Origin: Nitrososphaerota archaeon
Lineage (GTDB): Archaea > Thermoproteota > Nitrososphaeria > Nitrososphaerales > Gagatemarchaeaceae
Direction of reading: 5' to 3'
Length of the DNA stretch: 64,000 nt
Assembly (NCBI GenBank): GCA_028867035.1
Contig: JAGWHB010000006.1
Span: 23,918-87,917, forward strand
Shown here: piece by piece, positions 36,464-43,918 of the stretch
How the letters are laid out: each line of letters begins with the position of its first letter
How positions within the stretch are numbered: the first letter of the stretch is position 1
The notes under the pieces: generated by a model
Told to the model about the DNA's origin: nothing
The model's input: the letters and a program-made list of their open reading frames with translations, nothing else
Database searches by the model: none
Made by a program: the position numbers and the translations under genes

Positions 36464-37438
36464 CTACGTCCCCCGCAGTCTTGGGTCGAGTTTCAAGAGC
36501 AGGATGTCACCGATGATGGAGAACGCGATCACGAAGACCGCGATATAGAAGAAACCTGCCTCCAGTATGGCGTAGTCGCGCTGAAGAATCCCATCCACAA
36601 GGAGGTCCCCGACCCCGTTGTAGCCGAACACGAATTCGACGAAGACAGCCGTGCTCACCATGAAGGAGATGGTGTAGCCCAGCAGAGAGATCAGGGGGAG
36701 CATGGAGTTCCTCAGCACATATTTTGTGGCCACCACCTTTTCCTTCAGGCCTCGGGCCTTCGCGGCGAGTATGAAGTCGCTCTTCAGCACTTCCTGGTAC
36801 GTCCCTCTTAGGACGAGGTACTGGAATCCGAAGGTGGCTGCCGCCAAGGTGAGGACCGGCAGGATCAGGTGCACGCCGACCGAAAGATAGTAGTCCGACG
36901 AGGATGTCGAAGTGAACGCCGACGTCCCGAAGACCGGAAGCCACTTCAGTATCACCCCGAATATCCAGACGAGGAGGAGCCCCAGCCAGAAGGGGGGGGT
37001 GGCCCAGGACACTATCGAAAGGTACATGCTGCCGAACTCGAACTTCCCCCCGCGCTTCAGTGCGCTTCGCAGGGCGAGCAGGTAGCTGATCAGGGTCGCC
37101 AAGACGAAGCTGGCGGCGATCAGCGCCAGGGTGAACGGAAGCCTGAGCCACACGAGGTAGGTCGCGGTGTAAGGGAAGAATGTGGACGACACTCCGAAGT
37201 AGGGAGGCCAGTTCGTGAAGACACCCTGGAGGTAGAGCCAGTACTGCACAATCAGCGGTTGGCCCAGACCGAGCCTCTCGGTGATCGACTTGACCACAGC
37301 CGCGGGGACCCCGCTGTACCCGGCGGCCAGCACATCTGCAGCGTTTCCCGGGACCAGCCTCGGCAGGAAGAAGTCGAGGTTGAGTACCACCAGGAATGCT
37401 ACTGCTGACTTTACAATCTGCCTGGTTATGAACCTCAA
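36464..37438 (-). CDS. Opp/Dpp-type ABC permease (OppB-like)
   Basis: The ORF extends to 37522, but that would overlap the SBP gene by 41 nt. TTG 37438 gives MRFITRQIVKS.., the canonical DppB N-terminus. Confidence 0.85.
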   Translation of the reverse strand: MRFITRQIVKSAVAFLVVLNLDFFLPRLVPGNAADVLAAGYSGVPAAVVKSITERLGLGQPLIVQYWLYLQGVFTNWPPYFGVSSTFFPYTATYLVWLRLPFTLALIAASFVLATLISYLLALRSALKRGGKFEFGSMYLSIVSWATPPFWLGLLLVWIFGVILKWLPVFGTSAFTSTSSSDYYLSVGVHLILPVLTLAAATFGFQYLVLRGTYQEVLKSDFILAAKARGLKEKVVATKYVLRNSMLPLISLLGYTISFMVSTAVFVEFVFGYNGVGDLLVDGILQRDYAILEAGFFYIAVFVIAFSIIGDILLLKLDPRLRGT

Positions 37439-37481
37439 GTCATTTGTCCAACTCTTGAGGTGTGAGGGACGCCCCCTTCCT

Positions 37482-39302
37482 TCAGATCTTGTTAGGGCGT
37501 CTCCTGGTCGCAGCCACGGCAACTGCGGCGAGAATCACTATGATTACCGCAGCCCCTGCTACATAGTAGAGCGTATAGTCAGGGCTTGCACCTGTGGTTG
37601 TGGTGGTCGTAGCCGTTGTGGCGGGCGTCAAGGACTCCCATGCCGTCATGTTGGGGACTTCGGCGAGCCCTTCGTCCATGTGCCCCGTGACGGGGTTGGG
37701 CCAGTTGACCCAGTTAGCAGTGCTGTAGCCCCAGAGGAAGTCGGGGTAGGCCAAGATTATCGCGGGGAGATACTGAGCTTCCATCGCCTGGATGTTCCAG
37801 AGGTACTTCTGCTCCTGCTGTGGGTCGGCTGTGCCGAGGACCCCGGACAGGTTGCCCTGGTACAGGTTGTCCAGGCTCGTCGGATAGAAGAAGTGGTGGC
37901 TGCAGTTCGGGGGGAGCCACTCGACCGAGCACGCCGGGAGCCCGTCGACGAGGGCGTTGGGCGGGTTCAGGACGTATCCCGAGAAGAGGATGATGTCGTT
38001 CCTGATTCCGTTGGTGTTGGCGCCGTAGTCCCCGACAATGTTGGCCTGCGAAGTGGTCTGAAGGGTGACCTTGAACCCGAGGTTCTGGAGGTCGCTCTGC
38101 ACTACGGCTGCTCCTGCCAGGTCCTCGGTGTTGTCAGTGTCGGTCCAGAGGACGAGGCTCGCGACCGTCCCATTGCTGTAGTGTAGCATGCCGTCAGACC
38201 CCTTTGTGATCCCCATGCTCGACAGCAGCGACGCCGCCTTTGCGGGGTCGAAGCTGTACTGCGTCGTGTGCGGGTTGTAGAAGATTCCCGCGCTCGGAGG
38301 GGTGGCGGTCTCCGCCGAGTACGCAGTGATGGCGTACCCCGAGAACGCCTTGCCGATGAACTCTGTCTGGTTTATCCCGTAGACCAGGGCCTGCCTGAAG
38401 GCCAGGCTGTTGTACGGGAAAATAGAGTCGTTGTATTCTAGGCTCGCCGCCCCGACGGCCTTCTCGTCAAGCACGTGGAGGTTCGGGCCTCCCTTCAACA
38501 GGGAGGCGGCCGTTGACGGGTCGATGGGGGCGAGGTCAGCAGATCCCGCAAGAAGTCTCTCGGTTGTCAGAGAAAGCGTGTCGACGAAGCTTACCTGGAT
38601 TTCGCAGATCTTCGGCGCCGGGTAGACCCCTCCCCAGTACGGGTTCCGGTACATCACCATCTGTGTGCTGCCAGCGGTGTAGTTGTAGACATAGAACGGT
38701 CCCATGGACAGGTCGGTCCCCAGGTTCGGGTAGGCCGCGCCGTGCTGGTTGATCACCCTGGCTGGGAGGACAGGCGTCCCTCCTGCGCCGTCGAGGGCGA
38801 ACTCGTTCAACAGGTACGCGTCGGGCTTGTTCTCGACGAAAACGACTGCGCTGCTGTTCAGGGCGTACTCCTTGGTCACGCGTTGCAAGAGTCCTTCGTA
38901 GTTGTAGGTCTGGTTGAACGCGAACTTCGGCCCCTCGGAGGTGAGGACGTCAGAGGCGTTCACAGTGGTGCCATCGGACCACTTCAACCCGGGTCGGATG
39001 TTTAGCGTCCACTGGGTGTAGTTGGCGTTGTGCTTGGCCCAGTCGAAGAGATAGCTGACCGTGGAGCCGTTCCAAAGGTATGCGTTGCCTCCGGGGTATT
39101 CGAACTCCCATTGATATGCGGTGCCGGTCACGAACGTCAGGGGGTTGAGGCTGGTCGGCGTCCCGGGGAGGACCCACTTCAACGTCTCGTTTGCGGGGCA
39201 GGACGGAGCTGGCGATTGGGCTCTCGAAATGGCAGCGGTCCCAATCAGTGATGACACTACGAGCAGAGCAATTACGGCCACAGTCCTGGATGGCGACCGC
39301 AA
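37482..39302 (-). CDS. Family-5 (Opp/Dpp/Nik-class) substrate-binding protein with N-terminal signal peptide and C-terminal Thr-rich linker + TM anchor
   Basis: 606 aa. N-terminus MRSPSRTVAVIALLVVSSLIGTAAISRA. C-terminus TPATTATTTTTTGASP..YYVAGAAVIIVILAAVAVAATRRR. Confidence 0.88.
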   Translation of the reverse strand: MRSPSRTVAVIALLVVSSLIGTAAISRAQSPAPSCPANETLKWVLPGTPTSLNPLTFVTGTAYQWEFEYPGGNAYLWNGSTVSYLFDWAKHNANYTQWTLNIRPGLKWSDGTTVNASDVLTSEGPKFAFNQTYNYEGLLQRVTKEYALNSSAVVFVENKPDAYLLNEFALDGAGGTPVLPARVINQHGAAYPNLGTDLSMGPFYVYNYTAGSTQMVMYRNPYWGGVYPAPKICEIQVSFVDTLSLTTERLLAGSADLAPIDPSTAASLLKGGPNLHVLDEKAVGAASLEYNDSIFPYNSLAFRQALVYGINQTEFIGKAFSGYAITAYSAETATPPSAGIFYNPHTTQYSFDPAKAASLLSSMGITKGSDGMLHYSNGTVASLVLWTDTDNTEDLAGAAVVQSDLQNLGFKVTLQTTSQANIVGDYGANTNGIRNDIILFSGYVLNPPNALVDGLPACSVEWLPPNCSHHFFYPTSLDNLYQGNLSGVLGTADPQQEQKYLWNIQAMEAQYLPAIILAYPDFLWGYSTANWVNWPNPVTGHMDEGLAEVPNMTAWESLTPATTATTTTTTGASPDYTLYYVAGAAVIIVILAAVAVAATRRRPNKI

Positions 39303-39430
39303 AACCTAATCCATTAGGGAGGGCCGAACTTATTTAAAGATTGGTGGTGCGACCGGCTCTCATAGGCTCGGACCGATGCGCGACGCTCTGACAGGTCCTT
39401 GGCCGCCCAGACGAAGGCGCTGCGTCGTGG

Positions 39431-39694
39431 CTACGCGCTGTTGTAGTTGCAGGCGAACGCGTATCCCTGCGAGAGTTTGTAGAAGCCCGTGTAGCCCGAG
39501 CCCAGCTGGGCGGCTGCCTGCGAGTTGATGTAGGACCCGCAGTGGAATACATAGTAGGTGGGGGAGACGTCGGCCGTCCGCTGGTATGAAGCGCCGAAGA
39601 AGTGTCCAGACGCCTGGGTCTGGGGGACGAAGGGCACGAACAGGGCCACTGCCGCCATAAGCACAAGCACCACTACCCACCTTGTCGCTTTCAT
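39431..39694 (-). CDS. Small secreted hypothetical protein
   Basis: 87 aa. Signal-like N-terminus MKATRWVVVLVLMAAVALFVPFV and two Cys. I recognise no family. Confidence 0.5.
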   Translation of the reverse strand: MKATRWVVVLVLMAAVALFVPFVPQTQASGHFFGASYQRTADVSPTYYVFHCGSYINSQAAAQLGSGYTGFYKLSQGYAFACNYNSA

Positions 39695-39815
39695 TGTTCT
39701 TCGGGCCAGATTCGGCCGAAGCTCCTATGAACCTACGGATTTGAACGGATCCTACTTTCCTCTGTAACAATTTCACGGACCTCCCCTTTCTTGAACATGC
39801 GTTCACATCTTCAGG

Positions 39816-39823
39816 CTATATCC
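39816..39823 (+). promoter_or_regulatory. TATA-box candidate (CTATATCC) for tnpB, implying a leaderless mRNA
   Basis: Centred about 25 nt upstream of the GTG start at 39845. Confidence 0.35.
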
Positions 39824-39844
39824 AACGTGTGAACTTGGCTGATT

Positions 39845-41089
39845 GTGCCCAACTCAAGTTCTACAACAAACATTGAGATTGTGAAAGCTAGGCCAGTCAA
39901 GACTGTTCGGTTCGGTTATCGGGCTTCGTACGAATTGACTTGGCTCTTTGAAGAATTTCAATTGATGTGCAATGAAGCGATTAGAATCGCACTAGCACAG
40001 AGTCCGAAGAATCGCTTCCAACTCACTGAGTTCGCGTATCACCGCCTAAAAGAACATGGGCTCCACTCGACACACATTCTAGCGGCCTGTGAGGTCGCTT
40101 TCGCTGCATATCGAAACAAGGCCAGAAGATCCAGCCCGTACGTGAGGCATCCGTTCGTGAAACTCGCTTCCCAAGCATATCAGCTCAATCATTTGATCCT
40201 TCGAATCCCGATTAAACCGCGTGAATTTGTGTTCTTGACGCTGCAGGGATCAGAGTATCACTTCGCTCTAATCGATGATCCAAACCTCAAGAAAGGGGAA
40301 ATCACAATAACTCCTGCTGCGGTGTGTCTCCCCCTCTCCAAGCAAATTCATAGCATCGAGCCTTCGGGTCTGATTGGCGTCGACATCAATGAGCGAAACA
40401 TAACAACTTCGAGTACTGACGGATTAACAAATTCGTATGACATCTCGAGAGTTCCAAGAATTCAGGAGACATACAGAAGAATACGCTCGAAGATCGCGAG
40501 ATTGAAGGGAAGTGACCACCGCATAACCAGTGAACTCTTGTCCAAGTATGGGAAGCGAGAAAGAGCTCGAATTGGTGCCGTTCTCCATGATGTGTCCAAA
40601 TCGATTGTGGAGGAATCCACCCACAAGCGAATGGGACTTGTCCTAGAGAATCTGCGCGGAATCCGAAAGAATTTCGCGCGGGATAGACCAGTTAGCACTT
40701 CTTTGAGAGGCCGAATGAATGCATGGCCGTTCTATTCCTTCAGGCGCATGGTTGAGTACAAAGCGGCTTGGGTTGGAGTTCCTGTCCTAGTGGTCAATCC
40801 TCGTGGAACGTCCTCAAACTGCCCAGATTGTGGCTCCCGCGTCGCAAGTCTTCCGAAGAGACAGCTCTATTGTGGGAGTTGCGACAAGACTTGGGATAGG
40901 GACGTTCTCGCGTCAAAGAACATCATGGCCTGCGCGGTTCCGCAGGCTCTGCCTCCCAGGAGAAGCGATGAGAAGGAACGAGGCGGCGACGGCTCTAATC
41001 CTTCGAGCAGATGGGGGGAAGTTGAATCATCCAGAGGCAAGAGGTGGTTCAACGGGACCTGTAACAGTGGTACGGGTAGCCGCCGTTGA
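39845..41089 (+). CDS. tnpB: TnpB (OrfB) RNA-guided endonuclease-type transposase accessory protein
   Basis: 414 aa. RuvC-I GVDINERN, RuvC-II LVLENLRGI, zinc finger CPDCGS..CGSCDK, RuvC-III WDRDVLASKNI. Confidence 0.92.
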   Translation: MPNSSSTTNIEIVKARPVKTVRFGYRASYELTWLFEEFQLMCNEAIRIALAQSPKNRFQLTEFAYHRLKEHGLHSTHILAACEVAFAAYRNKARRSSPYVRHPFVKLASQAYQLNHLILRIPIKPREFVFLTLQGSEYHFALIDDPNLKKGEITITPAAVCLPLSKQIHSIEPSGLIGVDINERNITTSSTDGLTNSYDISRVPRIQETYRRIRSKIARLKGSDHRITSELLSKYGKRERARIGAVLHDVSKSIVEESTHKRMGLVLENLRGIRKNFARDRPVSTSLRGRMNAWPFYSFRRMVEYKAAWVGVPVLVVNPRGTSSNCPDCGSRVASLPKRQLYCGSCDKTWDRDVLASKNIMACAVPQALPPRRSDEKERGGDGSNPSSRWGEVESSRGKRWFNGTCNSGTGSRR

Positions 41090-41492
41090 CCATGCCCACC
41101 GCCATGTCGACGACCTTGTCAGAGACTTCCTTCCACCGGGAGTCCCAGTCGACCCCGTCGACCACGAGCTGCTTCTCCTCGTCCCCTGACTTCGAGGGGA
41201 CCTGCTTCCAGATGGCGCGACCGTAGAACGGTTTGACGATCCTCACCTGCCACTTGTTGCATGCCGTCTTCCTCCCTTCGGACTTGAAGTAGTGGCACGA
41301 CGTGCAGAAGTTTGACAGCCAGATTATCTCCTTCGTCCGCTTGACCGACTTCCCCAGTTCCTCGATCAGCCTCTCCGACTCCTTGCGGATCATGTCGGCC
41401 AGCTCCTTCTGGCCCTCCTCGGTGTTGGTGTAGTACTCAGGGTCCCGGGACAGCGCCAGCCACCAGCTGGCGTACTCTTCGCTTTCGCTCAA
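41049..41492 (-). CDS. Hypothetical protein (147 aa); 3' end overlaps the tnpB 3' end by 41 nt
   Basis: Balanced composition at the high GC of the host. Cys/His cluster NFCTSCHYF..TAC. I recognise no family. Confidence 0.55.
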   Translation of the reverse strand: MSESEEYASWWLALSRDPEYYTNTEEGQKELADMIRKESERLIEELGKSVKRTKEIIWLSNFCTSCHYFKSEGRKTACNKWQVRIVKPFYGRAIWKQVPSKSGDEEKQLVVDGVDWDSRWKEVSDKVVDMAVGMVNGGYPYHCYRSR

Positions 41493-41641
41493 CGGGAGCC
41501 GGCGAAGCGTCCGTCGTTAATAAAATCGAGTGAGGGATCCTGACAGGTCAGAACGGATAAATAGAGAAAAGAGCTAAAATCTCCGGTCTGGCACGCAGCG
41601 TGCTACGACGGGCGATCTGGACTGGCTCGAAAGGCCGGGAT

Positions 41642-41667
41642 GATGACCCTATTGCTGCGTGCTGGGC
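41642..41667 (+). repeat. 26-nt direct repeat, copy A (GATGACCCTATTGCTGCGTGCTGGGC)
   Basis: 24/26 identical to 44075-44100. Lies in an ORF-free region, 39 nt downstream of the palindrome GCACGCAGCGTGC (41591-41603). Confidence 0.7.
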
Positions 41668-41968
41668 TGTAATTTAGCACGAATCGGAGTCACTTTCGGG
41701 CCTTCTTCCCTCTTCGAGGCCCCCCAGTGGCGGGCATCTGAGCCCCCATTGGTGGTTTGGCTCTAGTTTTCTGGGGCCCAAGTCGGGCTGAAGGCCAGGT
41801 TCGGGCGAAGGAATGTTTGATGCATTGGCAATATGCGTATGGCGTCGAACAACAGTCAGACCGATTTGGCTAGTTCCTCCATCATCTGCATTTGGACGTC
41901 AATCTCAAGCTGCGCGGAGTTCTTCCTATCTGAGGGAGGGCCATCCCTACCTTGAGCGCCAGGTTGGG

Positions 41969-42481
41969 TCACACGCCAGAAGCGGCAACCATGAATACCA
42001 ACGCAATGGAAAGCATGATGACAGCCGAGGGGGCGCCTAACTTCAGTCTCTCCTGGACCTGATGGAACTCGAGGGGAGGAGGCTGGCCGGGGTTCTGCTG
42101 CATCTGAACGACCAGCTTGCCCAGCTTTTTCACAGAAGGGGCGAGGAGCAAGAATACGAGGAGGAAAGTCGCGATGCCGAACGACGCGCCGATGGACACG
42201 TACATCCCCCAGGTCGACCCCACCCAGAACAGCGCGAGGTCCCCGTTGGAGGTCGCCAGGGCCAGGGATATTCCGAACACCAGAGTCAGCGTCGCGAACG
42301 TCTGGACGAACCTGACGAACCGGGGGAAGAGCTTCAGGACGAGCTCCCCGTTAGTCTGGGGGGACAACTTCGGCAGAGACGGCTCGACCACCATGAGGAA
42401 GATCATGGCCGCCCCGAACCATCCGACCACCGAGAAGATGTGGAGCCACGTCAGCACGTCCACCAAGATGACGTAGGCCAA
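41969..42481 (-). CDS. Hypothetical integral membrane protein (4 TM)
   Basis: 170 aa with four hydrophobic helices. I recognise no family. Confidence 0.65.
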   Translation of the reverse strand: MAYVILVDVLTWLHIFSVVGWFGAAMIFLMVVEPSLPKLSPQTNGELVLKLFPRFVRFVQTFATLTLVFGISLALATSNGDLALFWVGSTWGMYVSIGASFGIATFLLVFLLLAPSVKKLGKLVVQMQQNPGQPPPLEFHQVQERLKLGAPSAVIMLSIALVFMVAASGV

Positions 42482-42555
42482 CGGAATGGGGAGAGTGGCG
42501 CAAAGGAGATAAGTATGTCAGTCTTCGGTGCTTAGTCAGAGAGTGTGACCTAGCT

Positions 42556-43497
42556 TTGGAGAAGGGGGCGCTCAGGAGGCTCATCCTCAGGATCTTGGCG
42601 AACCGCGAGCTGTCAGGCTACGAGGCCTGGAAGGAGCTGGGAGCAAAGGGCGTGAAGATCAGGACGAATTATCTGTACATGATTCTGGCCGAAATGCACA
42701 GGCGGGAACTTCTGAAGGGGAGGTGGGTCGAGGGCCGGAGGGGCCCGAGGAGGCACCTTTACACACCCAGCAGGAAGGGAGAGGAGGAACTCAGGAAGCT
42801 CTTGGCGGAGTCGATAGAGTTCGTCGCCGCCGCTTTCGCGCAGGCCAACATGACCGCAAGGAACCTCCCCGAACATGTGAGCTCGGTAAGGGCTTCCTTC
42901 ACTTCCATGGGGGTGCCGACGCCAGGCTCCGGTAAGAGGATCGTCCTGACTACACCGTCCCTGGACCCGCTCATCTGCTTCCCCCTCTCCTACCAGGCTT
43001 TCGGCGAAGCATTCCCGGCCGCATCCGTCGTAGTCGTGAAGCCGCCGGGTACCACGTTCACCGTAGACGCGCCGAACGTGACCTTCTTGGACGGGAGCAG
43101 GTGCAACATGCCCATGAAGGATGGGTTCGCGGACTATCTGCTCCTCGAGGGGTTCCCGGCCGGTGCCCCCGTGGAGGTGACGCTTGCCGAGTGCTATAGG
43201 GTGTTGAAGGACAGAGGGTACCTGATCATCCGGTTGCCCAGCGTCATGACGGAAGAGAAGAAGCCGAACTTCTCCAACCTTGCGGAGTTCGCCTACAGGC
43301 TTTACTACGACTTCACGGGCCAGGACGCAATGGTGAGCGTAGAGCGGATCAAGCAGTTGCTTTCGAAGCGTTCTGGGAGCCTGACAGACCTGGTCGACAG
43401 GGGGAACGTGGTCATATGCGCCAAGGTGATCAAAGGAGAGGGGCTTCCGCCAATAAGGGTCCATCGAAGGGCCTCGCACCGAGGAATACATTCATGA
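42556..43497 (+). CDS. PadR-family wHTH fused to a class-I-methyltransferase-like domain with a degenerate SAM loop
   Basis: N-terminus: LRILANRELSGYEAWKEL..NYLYMILAEMHRRELLKG..RRHLYTPSRKGEEEL (PadR). C-terminus: RIVLTTPSLDP (in place of the GxGxG loop), MPMKDGFADYLLL, ECYRVLKDRGYLII. Confidence 0.7.
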   Translation: MEKGALRRLILRILANRELSGYEAWKELGAKGVKIRTNYLYMILAEMHRRELLKGRWVEGRRGPRRHLYTPSRKGEEELRKLLAESIEFVAAAFAQANMTARNLPEHVSSVRASFTSMGVPTPGSGKRIVLTTPSLDPLICFPLSYQAFGEAFPAASVVVVKPPGTTFTVDAPNVTFLDGSRCNMPMKDGFADYLLLEGFPAGAPVEVTLAECYRVLKDRGYLIIRLPSVMTEEKKPNFSNLAEFAYRLYYDFTGQDAMVSVERIKQLLSKRSGSLTDLVDRGNVVICAKVIKGEGLPPIRVHRRASHRGIHS

Positions 43498-43517
43498 CCG
43501 AAATGATCATCAACTAG

Positions 43518-43867
43518 TTCCGGCGAACTTTCAGCAGATTCTTCGAAGCATACGACCTACAGGTACCCCGACCCTGACGAGGTTGCCGGAACCCATTGGT
43601 AGTTACTCCAAGGTGCGGACGGACATAGACTACGTCGGCTTCATCCGCCTCTGCGACGGGACGAAAGGGTTCTGCCCGGCTGCCGATGCCACTGGGCAAC
43701 CGGCAATTTCGTTGCCTCTGGGTCGGAGCCGATCGGGCCCCCCGATAGGCATCCAATTTACTACCAAGTTCGGAGAAGAAGCGACCTTGATCCATCTGGC
43801 AAGATATCTGGAACATGCAACGCCTTGGCGAGACCGGACTCAACCTGTCCATGCAAGCTGGCCCTGA
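43518..43867 (+). pseudogene. 3' remnant of an amidase (amidase-signature / GatA-like family) gene, frameshifted
   Basis: ..FFEAYDL in one frame, then (shift near 43556) PTGTPTLTRLPEPIG..ADATGQPAISLPLGRSRSGPPIGIQFTTKFGEEATLIHLARYLE, the amidase C-terminus. The roughly 350 N-terminal codons are missing. Confidence 0.65.
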
Positions 43868-43918
43868 TATCGTCAACCTGGCGAACTAAGGTGGATACTT
43901 CCCGCCTCATTCATCTTT

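Larger units (their letters stand above)
39762..41089 (+). mobile_element. Solo-tnpB IS200/IS605-family (IS1341-like) element; boundaries approximate
   Basis: tnpB without tnpA. GC is visibly lower than in the flanks. Imperfect hairpins lie upstream (39733-39756; GTTCACA..TGTGAAC at 39801-39833). CTGTAACA..ACGG occurs near both ends (39762, 41059). Confidence 0.5.

Noticed and set aside
39733-39756. Minus-strand GGATCCGTTCAAATCCGTAGG looks like a tRNA T-arm (GTTCAAATCC).
   Set aside because: The flanking bases do not form a T stem or acceptor stem, and no anticodon arm can be drawn. It is more likely a subterminal hairpin of the tnpB element left end.
40925-41189. The +1 frame at the tnpB 3' end reads ..LPGEAMRRNEAATALILRADGGKL.. 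. This reminded me of C-termini of some archaeal TnpB proteins and suggested a frameshifted tnpB.
   Set aside because: It rests only on a vague memory of a motif. That frame has no stop until 41189, deep in the neighbouring gene. The annotated frame is intact through all catalytic motifs.
42161-42171. GAGGAAAGTCG resembles the RNase P RNA CR-I motif GAGGAAAGUCC.
   Set aside because: It lies inside a well-supported membrane-protein CDS (opposite strand), and no other RNase P conserved regions are nearby.
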